From positions 1 through 60,613 of the IMG/VR virus record IMGVR_UViG_3300037440_000098: a DNA stretch of 60,613 nucleotides, one strand, 5' to 3'. Made by a program: the position numbers and the translations under genes. The notes beneath the pieces were generated by a model. The model was not told the origin of the DNA, searched no databases, and saw only the letters and a program-made list of their open reading frames with translations. This document shows positions 1-8,300 of this stretch, piece after piece. The stretch comes from a virus. Lineage: Duplodnaviria; Caudoviricetes. Every line of letters starts with the position of its first letter. The first letter of the stretch is position 1.

Positions 1-10
1 CTTCTGCATG

Positions 11-466
11 TTACTTCTCCTCGATGGCGATGATCGGCCGCTCGCTGTTGGCGTAGTTGTCCCAGCTCTGCATGGCCACGTTCTTGGCGTTGTGCCTCGC
101 CTCCATGGCACCGAGCACGAACACCGCCGACACGATGTCCTCCGACAGGATGTACCGCTCCTGTCCGTCCTCGGTCCACGTCACCCGGTGCCAGCCGATC
201 GGGACCGGCCCGCTCCTGAGCATGTGCCGCTTCTCCTTGCGCTCGTTGTTCTTCTTTAGCGCGCGGTACACGTCGTCGATGCTGTCCAGGTCCACGGCCA
301 CCGGCTTCATGGGACGACCCATGTTGGCCGGTGTGGTCAGCTCGTACGCCGACCACTTGCCGTTGTCCTGCTTGCTGGCCCGACCGAGGTCACATCCGAA
401 CGTCTTGATGATCCAGTGGCCATCACCCCAGTAGGCCGACCGCTGATAGCTGTAATCCTTGGGCAT
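11..466 (-). CDS. hypothetical phage protein
   Basis: ORF 11..619 trimmed to ATG at 466 (MPKDYSY) behind SD AGGAAGGGGAG. Confidence 0.75.
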   Translation of the reverse strand: MPKDYSYQRSAYWGDGHWIIKTFGCDLGRASKQDNGKWSAYELTTPANMGRPMKPVAVDLDSIDDVYRALKKNNERKEKRHMLRSGPVPIGWHRVTWTEDGQERYILSEDIVSAVFVLGAMEARHNAKNVAMQSWDNYANSERPIIAIEEK

Positions 467-489
467 GACTCCCCTTCCTACGGTTACTT

Positions 490-538
490 GCGTCCCTACC
501 GCCCGACTCGAACGGGCTGTGTGCCTACACAGGGAGGG
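490..538 (-). ncRNA. minimal tRNA-like element A (acceptor-like stem, small hairpin, T-arm)
   Basis: T-arm GCCCG-TTCGAGT-CGGGC (501-517), hairpin TGTGT-AGGC-ACACA, closing CCCTCC/GGTAGGG with a bulge; intergenic. Confidence 0.55.
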
Positions 539-545
539 TGGTGGC

Positions 546-968
546 TCAGTTGAGGCTGTCGCCCCAGCGCCACCCGTTGGGACCGCTGGGCATCCCCAGC
601 TTGATGTAGCAGCCGTCACAGGCGAATTGCCCGGTGTCCCGGTTCAGCGTCCCCTCCTCCTGCCACACGTACTCGTCCGGGGTCAGCCCCTCGTTGGCCG
701 CGTAGTCCGGGATGCCGGGGATGGTTGCCGGTACTCGGCAGCACAGCCCGCAGTGCAGCTCCAGCTCTCGCACGTAGAAGGGGTCCACGAACTTGATCAG
801 ACCCTCGAAGGCCAGGTCAATGGACCTGCGCTCGTTGTGGTACCTCGGGTACTTGGACTTGTCCGCGTCCCCGATGACCTCGGCCCACGTCTCCTTGATC
901 TTGTCGATCATGGGCTGTGTGGTGCTGTGGTTGAAGCCGTCCGCGCGGTCGTGTCGGATCTCCGTCAT
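546..968 (-). CDS. hypothetical protein with two CxxC motifs (possible Zn-binding)
   Basis: CGLC and CDGC motifs; ATGA overlap with upstream gene. Confidence 0.75.
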   Translation of the reverse strand: MTEIRHDRADGFNHSTTQPMIDKIKETWAEVIGDADKSKYPRYHNERRSIDLAFEGLIKFVDPFYVRELELHCGLCCRVPATIPGIPDYAANEGLTPDEYVWQEEGTLNRDTGQFACDGCYIKLGMPSGPNGWRWGDSLN

Positions 969-1375
969 TGTCCCTGCCTCGCTTCCATGAATGCGTGTCT
1001 GCGGTACGGGTTATCCCACCCACGACCGTGTTCGGCCATGTGGTCGGGACGTATGCACAAGGGCTGATCGCATTCCGGCGACAGCTCCACGGACCGAGGC
1101 AGTTCCCGTACACACATGGCGTACAGAATCCGTCTCGCCTTACCTAGCTTGTGGTGCCCCCTACGGGCATCGATGTAGAACTCCGGGGCACCATTGCCGT
1201 CTGTCTTGCCCATCCACACCAAGCACCCGTCCGCCGTAGTCGGCAGACGTACCTTGGCCCACAGTCGGCGCTGTGCCTTCTCGCCGATCACTTCCGGCGC
1301 AACTTCCATGTCAGCCGGACAAGCCTGCCCAGCCAACAGCACGTGCACCCGTACTTGACAGCGTGGCCGAACCAC
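965..1375 (-). CDS. HNH endonuclease-like protein, probably degenerate (start may be 1309)
   Basis: RLWAKV..GCLVWMG..ARRILY..C..PLCIRPDHM pattern of phage HNH proteins, with His and Asn positions substituted. Confidence 0.65.
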   Translation of the reverse strand: MVRPRCQVRVHVLLAGQACPADMEVAPEVIGEKAQRRLWAKVRLPTTADGCLVWMGKTDGNGAPEFYIDARRGHHKLGKARRILYAMCVRELPRSVELSPECDQPLCIRPDHMAEHGRGWDNPYRRHAFMEARQGQ

Positions 1376-1385
1376 GTGTTGCCGT

Positions 1386-1814
1386 TCATCCTTCCTGGTC
1401 CTGTGCGATCAGGCAGTCTTTACGGTCGTCGGCGTGGACCGACACCCAGTGGTTCACGTCCGCGCCCTGGTCCGGGGTGTGGATGAACCAGAACAGGTTG
1501 GCCAGGTGATTGCCCAACCTGCCCTCCCTGAACTTCTCCAGCTCCGTGTACGCATTCGAGTGGATGTCCTGGTCCTTGAGCGCACCGAACACCAGTTGAA
1601 TGCGGTCGTTCTCGCCGTCGTCCTCGACGTCCAGCGAGCGAATGCCGTCTTCCCATACGTCGATGGCCTCGGCCAGGGTGGACGCGCAGTACACGTCCGA
1701 CTCGGGCAGGTATCCCGGCATGTTCTCGCCCACGTGGAAGTGTCCGGTCACCTCCCTGTAGTCGACCCGGTTGGTACCGATGTCCTTGACCGGCTTACTC
1801 AGGCTCACTGCCAT
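1386..1814 (-). CDS. hypothetical phage protein
   Basis: ORF with SD AGGGAG and high-GC3 codon usage. Confidence 0.75.
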   Translation of the reverse strand: MAVSLSKPVKDIGTNRVDYREVTGHFHVGENMPGYLPESDVYCASTLAEAIDVWEDGIRSLDVEDDGENDRIQLVFGALKDQDIHSNAYTELEKFREGRLGNHLANLFWFIHTPDQGADVNHWVSVHADDRKDCLIAQDQEG

Positions 1815-2074
1815 GTGTCCGACTCCCTCTTCTGCTTACGCCACGCGTGGTCACGTGCGTAGTCCATCATGCTGATGTTGGCCATGAGTCCCACCGCAAA
1901 GGCGGACGCGCCGACCATGAGTCCGCCGAAGAACATGAAGAACGAACTCACCGGGTCACTCACCCAATGCGAACCCACCATGCCACCTACGCCGATGACG
2001 ATACCGAGCGTGGCCCATGCCAGCACCCGACGTGTCGTCCTCTTGATGTTCTCGAACACCTCGTCGGTGTCCAT
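1805..2074 (-). CDS. small membrane protein (two TM helices)
   Basis: Two hydrophobic segments; SD GGAGGTGA. Confidence 0.75.
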   Translation of the reverse strand: MDTDEVFENIKRTTRRVLAWATLGIVIGVGGMVGSHWVSDPVSSFFMFFGGLMVGASAFAVGLMANISMMDYARDHAWRKQKRESDTWQ

Positions 2075-2086
2075 TCGATCACCTCC

Positions 2087-2135
2087 AGTGCCGTCCCTGG
2101 CCTTGCACCAGGGTGGGGGCTCGTTCCCCTACGGC
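2087..2135 (-). ncRNA. minimal tRNA-like element B (variant T-loop)
   Basis: GCCGT/ACGGC closing stem, GGGG-AACGAGC-CCCC hairpin, CCCTGG-TGCAAGG-CCAGGG arm, 3' ACT; intergenic. Confidence 0.4.
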
Positions 2136-2142
2136 GGTACTG

Positions 2143-2370
2143 CTACGGCCTGGTGTGCCGTCGTGCGAACTTCACCAGTGCCTCACCCTGCTTGACCGCG
2201 TCCTCGGTACCGACCGCTTCCGCCCCATCGGCGAACTTGAAGCGCGTCGTCTCCGTGGACTCGGCAGTGATCAGGGCATCCCCGTCCGTGATGTTGGCGT
2301 ACTCCGCCTCCAGTCGTTCCAGCTTGGACCGGTTGCCCCGCTCATGTGCATTCACGCTAGACCTCCACAC
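2143..2370 (-). CDS. hypothetical protein
   Basis: ORF in the minus-strand gene run; start uncertain. Confidence 0.6.
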   Translation of the reverse strand: MWRSSVNAHERGNRSKLERLEAEYANITDGDALITAESTETTRFKFADGAEAVGTEDAVKQGEALVKFARRHTRP

Positions 2371-2935
2371 TGGGCTGTACTGCCCACTCGGGAACCGTCA
2401 TGACCGGCCGCAGGTGCGCGGTACGGTCTGAGATCAGGCTCTCTCGGTACTCGGCCAGGTACTCAGGCGAACTGTCGTTGTCCGGGCTGGACTTCAGCCC
2501 CTCGATCTCCAGTTCCGCTTCGTCCCTGGCTCGCTGGTTGTGCTTCTCGACGTACAGCGCCGCCCGGTCCCAGTCCTGGAACGTCATGAAGGCGTGTTCG
2601 TCCGCGCCGTAACCCACGATGACCTGTGCCAGCAGCGGGTAGACCTCATCGGCCCACTCGGTACCCTCCTGCCCGTCGTTCTCCGGGTCGCGGTTGTCCG
2701 CGTAGACGAACGAGACCACGTTCCGGCCGTTGTTCGCACCCTCCAGAGTGGACCGCCATGCCACCTTGACCCGCGCGGTGAGCGTGTTCCCCTGGTTGAA
2801 CCCGACCATGATGCGGTCACCCTCGATCAGGTCACACGCGGGCCACCGCTTGGCCCAGTGCTCCCCCTTCTCCCGCTTGGGCAGCTCCGGAACCGTCAGC
2901 CGGATGGTTCCCCGCTCGCGTCCGTCGTTGCTCAT
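2357..2935 (-). CDS. hypothetical phage protein
   Basis: TAATG coupling with upstream gene; codon bias. Confidence 0.75.
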   Translation of the reverse strand: MSNDGRERGTIRLTVPELPKREKGEHWAKRWPACDLIEGDRIMVGFNQGNTLTARVKVAWRSTLEGANNGRNVVSFVYADNRDPENDGQEGTEWADEVYPLLAQVIVGYGADEHAFMTFQDWDRAALYVEKHNQRARDEAELEIEGLKSSPDNDSSPEYLAEYRESLISDRTAHLRPVMTVPEWAVQPSVEV

Positions 2936-3258
2936 TACGCCCCTCGTTCCTCGTTGATACCGCTACCGTCGCAGCCGTTGCACTTGCACCAGGCCACGTG
3001 AAGCTCACGCGGGTGATAGGCCGCCTGCCTGTTCCACGGCCCGTCATCGGACAGCATGTGAACGATGACCATCTCACTCCCGTACGTGTCCACCACGTCC
3101 CCCACGTAGGTGAAGCGAGCGCGAGCGGAATTGAATCCGCTCCCCGTCTCGCTCTCCATCAGGAAGTACGGACGTACCCGGACCCTCACGTCGTTGTCCA
3201 CCACCTCAGCCGGTGTCGCACCCTTGTGCGTCTGTGGCTTACGAAGACTCCACTTCAT
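2935..3258 (-). CDS. hypothetical protein with C-terminal CxCxxC
   Basis: SD GGGAG; coupled to the next gene. Confidence 0.7.
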   Translation of the reverse strand: MKWSLRKPQTHKGATPAEVVDNDVRVRVRPYFLMESETGSGFNSARARFTYVGDVVDTYGSEMVIVHMLSDDGPWNRQAAYHPRELHVAWCKCNGCDGSGINEERGA

Positions 3259-3261
3259 GAC

Positions 3262-3293
3262 TTGACTCCCACTTGTTGACTCCCACTTGTTGA
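3262..3293. repeat. 14-bp tandem duplication TTGACTCCCACTTG that duplicates the RBS region
   Basis: ttgactcccacttg ttgactcccacttg ttga. Confidence 0.8.
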
Positions 3294-3353
3294 CGTTCGC
3301 GCGGACAGTCGGGCAGAGGCACAGGGCCTCTACCCTCAGACCGTTACGACCGG

Positions 3354-3464
3354 TCAGAACACTTGCTGTGCCAGCCAGGCCAGTCCCAGCACGCTACCGG
3401 CGATGAGCACTACGAGAATCACCACGTAGAGTGTGAACATCACATAGATTACCTTGGGTACCAT
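3354..3464 (-). CDS. 36-aa single-TM membrane peptide (MVPKVIYVMFTLYVVILVVLIAGSVLGLAWLAQQVF)
   Basis: Translated by hand; SD AGGGGAG; below the ORF-track cutoff. Confidence 0.65.
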   Translation of the reverse strand: MVPKVIYVMFTLYVVILVVLIAGSVLGLAWLAQQVF

Positions 3465-3496
3465 GATTTCTCCCCTTGTTGACGGGTCTTGCTGAG

Positions 3497-3542
3497 TGCT
3501 CCGGGCAGGTATCGAGCCTGCCTTACGCCGCGCGGCCGGAGC
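3497..3542 (-). ncRNA. minimal tRNA-like element C
   Basis: 7-bp GCTCCGG/CCGGAGC acceptor stem, 14-nt linker, GCAGG-CTCGATA-CCTGC T-arm, then ACTCA. Confidence 0.6.
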
Positions 3543-3557
3543 TACCAGGCACAGGGC

Positions 3558-4451
3558 CTAGAAGAGTGCGATCTGTCGCGGCTTGGCCGGTACCGGGATG
3601 TCCGAGAACAGATGGTGCTTGACGATCTCCCGCAGGTCATCGGTCGTAGCGTCGATCCACGTACCGCACCCGTCCGCGCCGCAGTACCACTGCCACGAGA
3701 CGAGACGGTTGTGTTCCCGCTGCTCGATGTAGAACGTGGAGTCGTTCTCCCAGTAGGTCAGGTTCGCCACGTATTCCGGGTCGGTGTCGTCGTCCAGCTC
3801 CTCGTACTCCTCCGTCACGTCGGAGCTTCCGAAGGTTCGCCACCCTTCCCCGTCGGAGTTACGGAGCTTACCCAGCAGCCACGCGCGACACCCGGCGTGG
3901 TCCTCTTCCTCGTTCTTCCGGGCGTGCTCGCCGTCCGCGCAGTCGCAACCCTCCTCCGCGTAGCAGTTATACCCGTCCGGGTGGTTGGCCTCCCACTCCC
4001 GCTCGCTGTAGTCCTCCTCATCCAAGACCGGATAATCAGACAGCGCGTTGACGATGTCCATAGCGGCCTTGACCGATACCGCATCGTCCACCCGGATCAT
4101 GACCGACTCATTCCAGCCGTTCAGGCAGGAACCCTCCGTATGGGTCATGTTGCCGGGGTGCTCGGAGATGTGACCGAACGACTCGGCCTTTTCCATCTCC
4201 CGCTCGATCACGGACCAGTTCGATTCCGTACGAGCGTCGGCGTCCCTGTGCGTCCCGAGAGGAGTGGTCACGTAGACCACACCGGACGGCTGTCCCCATT
4301 CGTTGATGTCGTTCCGGTACCCGAACCCTCCCGACCAGTTACGCCGGAAGTTCTCGCGGTCCGATTCCGCACCCTGGCACTCACGAATGAAGTCGCCCAG
4401 CGACGATTCCATGATCCGCTTTGTCCTACGTGCGCGCGTACCCATGCCCAT
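3558..4451 (-). CDS. acidic, Cys-containing hypothetical protein
   Basis: 297-aa ORF with SD GAGGGAG. Confidence 0.8.
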   Translation of the reverse strand: MGMGTRARRTKRIMESSLGDFIRECQGAESDRENFRRNWSGGFGYRNDINEWGQPSGVVYVTTPLGTHRDADARTESNWSVIEREMEKAESFGHISEHPGNMTHTEGSCLNGWNESVMIRVDDAVSVKAAMDIVNALSDYPVLDEEDYSEREWEANHPDGYNCYAEEGCDCADGEHARKNEEEDHAGCRAWLLGKLRNSDGEGWRTFGSSDVTEEYEELDDDTDPEYVANLTYWENDSTFYIEQREHNRLVSWQWYCGADGCGTWIDATTDDLREIVKHHLFSDIPVPAKPRQIALF

Positions 4452-4512
4452 GATGACTCCCTCTTGTGTCGTGTGCCGTGATCGGCCATCCGTGCCGTAA
4501 TCGGCTGATGAG

Positions 4513-4559
4513 TGGACGGCCAGGGGTCGAACCTGGCACCCGGCCTTGACCGGTCGTCC
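4513..4559 (-). ncRNA. minimal tRNA-like element D
   Basis: GGACG/CGTCC stem, CCGGT-CAAG-GCCGG hairpin, GCCAGG-TTCGACC-CCTGGC arm, then ACTCA. Confidence 0.6.
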
Positions 4560-4566
4560 CGATGTC

Positions 4567-4956
4567 TCAGTAATTCAGGTCGGACAGTGACACGTCGAAC
4601 GGCTCCCCGTAGTGCCGACCCTGGAACAGCTCGGTGATCTTGATGGTCTTGCGGTCCACGACCGCAACCACCTTGACCCGCTCCCCGAAGTAGTACAGGG
4701 AGTCACCCTTTTCGATGTTGTGCTTTCCGGCAGTCGGGACCGTACCGAAGCCACACGCCGTCTTGAACTTGTCCCGGTCAAACCGACCATTGTCACGTCC
4801 GAACATGGACGCCAGACCCTCCATGACCTCACGCAACGTGGCTTCCTTGGCAGCCTTACGGACGGGGGTCTCGTATCGCGCGTACTTCCACGAATTCGCG
4901 ATGATCTCAGCGGCGCTCTCGTAGTCCTTACGGCTCATGCTCATGATGACTCCCAC
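4567..4956 (-). CDS. hypothetical protein (start probably 4944, MSMSRKDY)
   Basis: MSRKDY..NGRFDRDKF..AC motif typical of small phage proteins. Confidence 0.75.
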   Translation of the reverse strand: MGVIMSMSRKDYESAAEIIANSWKYARYETPVRKAAKEATLREVMEGLASMFGRDNGRFDRDKFKTACGFGTVPTAGKHNIEKGDSLYYFGERVKVVAVVDRKTIKITELFQGRHYGEPFDVSLSDLNY

Positions 4957-4995
4957 TGTGTAGCTTTTCTACTGCCGACCATGATTGGCCGGGCA

Positions 4996-5053
4996 TGGCG
5001 GAGGTGAGGGGAGTCGAACCCTTCCCGTAGGCCGATCCTGTATCGGCACCCCC
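4996..5053 (-). ncRNA. 58-nt D-armless tRNA-like element E with G3.U70 and encoded CCA
   Basis: GGGGGTG / CCGAT-ACAGG-ATCGG / CC-TACG-GG / AAGGG-TTCGACT-CCCCT / CACCTCC-G-CCA. Confidence 0.65.
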
Positions 5054-5059
5054 TGTGCC

Positions 5060-5677
5060 CTACGGGCACTCGGTACGAATCTCCGTGATCTTGCGCCCGC
5101 CCGGCTTACCGTCCTCGTCGCGGAACTGCACGACATACCGGCCGTCGTACCCGCACTTGGCCTTGAGCTTGTCCATGTTGAGCGGAACGGCCGTCACAGC
5201 TTCCCGGTAGTTGAGCGCTTCCCCCTTCAGGTAGTCGATCATCTCACCCTTGGTCAGACCCTGGTGTGTGATCTCATGCACCAGAACCGGACCAGCCGGA
5301 GCCGACCACATGCCGCCCATGTCACCCGCGATGTACAGCCCGTACGGGTGCTGCCGGTAGACCTTGAGGCACAGAGGCCGGTACTTGGCCGGGAACAACT
5401 TGCAGTCGCTCAGGTGGTTGTGCTTGACCGGCTTAGCCATAGCGACCGGAGCCGTAGGCGCAGCCATCGGCGCAGGCTCCGGGGTCTGTGCCTTGTCCGG
5501 ACCACACGCGGTCAGCAGCACCAGAGCGGCCACGATGATCATGGCGACCGCCGCCGGGGCCATCATTCCGAGGAATTCCCGGATCGGACCGCGCACGTTG
5601 GGCACGTGCTCTACCCCCGTAGCCACGAATCCCGTACGCCCGTCCACCTTGACCGGTCGTGTGTAGTCAATGCTCAT
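5060..5677 (-). CDS. putative lipoprotein or membrane-anchored protein
   Basis: Hydrophobic helix ending in lipobox-like LLTA-C, then a Pro/Ala linker. Confidence 0.65.
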   Translation of the reverse strand: MSIDYTRPVKVDGRTGFVATGVEHVPNVRGPIREFLGMMAPAAVAMIIVAALVLLTACGPDKAQTPEPAPMAAPTAPVAMAKPVKHNHLSDCKLFPAKYRPLCLKVYRQHPYGLYIAGDMGGMWSAPAGPVLVHEITHQGLTKGEMIDYLKGEALNYREAVTAVPLNMDKLKAKCGYDGRYVVQFRDEDGKPGGRKITEIRTECP

Positions 5678-5750
5678 CTTTCCGACTCCCCTTGTCCGTG
5701 GGATTGATCTTGTTCAGTCTCTGCCTGTGGCCCCGTGTGGCGCGTTGTGC

Positions 5751-5789
5751 GCCGCGCGGGAGGGTTGGGGCCGTCACCTCCCGCGCGGC
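5751..5789 (-). terminator. 13-bp stem hairpin, probable terminator or processing site
   Basis: gccgcgcgggagg...cctcccgcgcggc. Confidence 0.55.
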
Positions 5790-5814
5790 TGTCTGTGGTG
5801 CCGTTCTGTCTCGC

Positions 5815-6852
5815 CTAGCGGGTGGCGCGCCGCGCCGCCGCCGCGCGGGACGCACGGGCCTTGTTCGTCTCGACCTGCCGACGGTACCGACGCTGCTGAG
5901 TACGAGTCAGGTTGTCGTACTCATCCTGTGTCATGAAGCCATGACGACCGCCCACGGTGGGAATTTCTACCGAGCGCTTGTCCGTCTGCTCACGACCCAA
6001 AGGAGCGTCCATGGTGGTGGATACCGGCTTGCCACCCTCGGCACGTTCCTTGGGTCCGGTCACCTTGTCCGCGTCCATGGCCTTACCGCGAGTGAGGGAC
6101 GTACGACCGGGCAGCATTCCCGCACGGGCACCCCCGATCATGTCGTCTGCACCCTTGTGCGCACTGTCCACGGTGGCCGGTGCTGCCGGAGCTTCTGACC
6201 CAACCTTGACTTCCGTCAGACCCTCCGACTTAGGCGCACGACCGGCCACCCAATGCGCAGTCATGACCATGGTTCCGTCGTGATCCTTCATGGGACCAAC
6301 CCATGAGCACGCACGGCACACACCGGTTCCGTCGCCGTTCTCCAGACCGGGCGCGTTCGCGATGCACTTGACCTCTCCGACCGGCTTGTCTGTCTTGGCC
6401 GCTTTCTTGGCCTTACCCTTACCGGCTTTCTTGGCCTTGACCGGCTTTTCCGTGGATTCCGACAGTTCGGCCACAGTCGCCGCGCCGTCCATGGTGATGA
6501 TCACCGCGTCCGGGTCGCTCATGATCATGTCCGCTACGGTCGGCCCGTTCTCCAGTGCTGCCGCCGCTTGTGTCGCACTCTCCAGAGCATCGGCATACCC
6601 GAGCGATTCCGACCACTTGACGCACCGCTTGCACTGTGCGTCACCGGTGAACTTGCCCACCATGCGCGCCGTTTCCAGCGTCTTACCCGACGCGCAAACG
6701 ATCTCCACCGTTTCGGAGTTTCCCCCGATGTGGTCACCGCCGAGCGTGATCACGCTGGACATGATCATGTGGCCGACACCCTTTTCGTACCCGAACCATC
6801 CGGGGGTACCGTCAAGGGTCAACGCCATTTCCAGCTTGCTCCGACTGCTCAT
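5815..6852 (-). CDS. hypothetical protein with CxxC motifs, Lys-rich patch and Arg-rich tail; first gene of the leftward operon
   Basis: ORF trimmed to ATG 6852 behind GAAAGCGGGAG. Confidence 0.75.
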   Translation of the reverse strand: MSSRSKLEMALTLDGTPGWFGYEKGVGHMIMSSVITLGGDHIGGNSETVEIVCASGKTLETARMVGKFTGDAQCKRCVKWSESLGYADALESATQAAAALENGPTVADMIMSDPDAVIITMDGAATVAELSESTEKPVKAKKAGKGKAKKAAKTDKPVGEVKCIANAPGLENGDGTGVCRACSWVGPMKDHDGTMVMTAHWVAGRAPKSEGLTEVKVGSEAPAAPATVDSAHKGADDMIGGARAGMLPGRTSLTRGKAMDADKVTGPKERAEGGKPVSTTMDAPLGREQTDKRSVEIPTVGGRHGFMTQDEYDNLTRTQQRRYRRQVETNKARASRAAAARRATR

Positions 6853-7913
6853 GACTCCCGCTTTCCGGGCCGTTATCGGCCCTAGTCGCACCACTCCCCA
6901 TGGCGGAGAGGGTCGCAGAGGCACACGGGCGCACTAGTCCCCTAGCATTTCGGGAACCGTCCGTGACTATGGTGCATTGGCATAGCGCAACAGAGCGTTA
7001 CCGTCGCTTTCCAATGCCCGTGTGCCTTTGACACCCTCCCCGTAGCGCTACCGCACTACGGTTTGGGTGCGACTTTTCGTAATCCGGCCCTAGTTCCCTA
7101 CGTAGGTAGGGAATCGTTGGCCATGTGAGGGGAGCAAGGTTCGTATCCCATGCCTACGCCACGAATTACCGCCGTTGTCAGCGTACGTGACGCATATGGT
7201 TTGTCAACCCTCACACGTTCCTACCGTGCGACCGTGTTCGGTGCACTCTCCGGTTTACAACCCGTGGGCATTCTTCCCGTAGGTAGGACTGTTACGCGTT
7301 CCGTACTAAGGCCATGTCCGTTATCCCGTTCTAGTCGCGTACTTTGCTCGCACCATGTTCCACACTCTCAGCCGTAATCGGCCAATGCATGTGGTCATCA
7401 TGTGACGTTCGCTTTCCGCGTCATGTACTAAGGCAGACACGACCGTTTCAGGTCGCTAGTCGCATACACACTGTGGTCACGGCCCTTGCGTCTCCCGACG
7501 CGCGCCGATCCTGTCAAACAACGGAGGCACACAGCCTCGCTAACGCCATTGCCCAAGGGTCGCCCGCCGTAGTCAGCAGTGCTACCTACGCTCGCTTGTG
7601 CCATGTCCGTGTTCGGCCATGTGTACCGCGCTGCGTCGCATGTGCGCTTGTTTCGCACCACCTACGCCTAGACCAGCCGCCCGAGCGGGAATATCGCTCG
7701 GAAGTCATGGCGCACGGCCATGTGTGGCCATGTTGTGTGATGCGGGGGTGTTGCTGTTGTGGTCGTGTCCCGAGCACTCATACGCTCACTGGCGCTTGCC
7801 CGCCCTGCCTGTGTTGCGCCCACCGTGTTCGGCGGGGTGTTGCTGAGGAGGACTATCCGGGTTTCCGGTGACGACCGCAACCCCCAATCTCAAATGATCA
7901 TGGAATTGGGTGC

Positions 7914-8148
7914 GTTTTGCCTGGTCAGAGCCCTAAAAATTTTTTCACGCAGCCTCGATCTCGTGTCCGAATTGGGGTGGGTATGTCCTGAGATCGGTGT
8001 GAGGGACATATCGGACACCAGGCAAACCGGGACATGCTGACTGTTTTGGCTGGTCAGATGGGGTGTCCCGCCAGTAACTTGACGACTCGTCAGATCCGGC
8101 CTGACGACCTGTCAGGCACAGGACGGCGGGCTCGTTTTGGCTGGTCAG
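7914..8148 (+). repeat. three direct copies of GTTTTG(G/C)CTGGTCAG
   Basis: Copies at 7914-7928, 8043-8057 and 8134-8148. Confidence 0.75.
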
Positions 8149-8300
8149 GTGGGGTGGAGACAGGTATGGGGAGGAAATGGGACAGAAGGGATTGTTACTC
8201 GTGGGTTGTCTTACATCGTGAGACGCGAAAATGACCGGATGGTGAGACAAACAGGGGTGCAGTGCGCTGACCTGGGGTTATACGCGCGTAGACGAATTTT

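Noticed and set aside
7138-7150. GGTTCGTATCC as a further T-loop element
   Set aside because: It is on the opposite strand to the family and lacks a 5-bp T-stem and acceptor pairing.
7150-8250. ORFs listed in the 7.1-8.3 kb gap
   Set aside because: No high-GC3 codon bias, no SD and no recognisable motifs; treated as non-coding.
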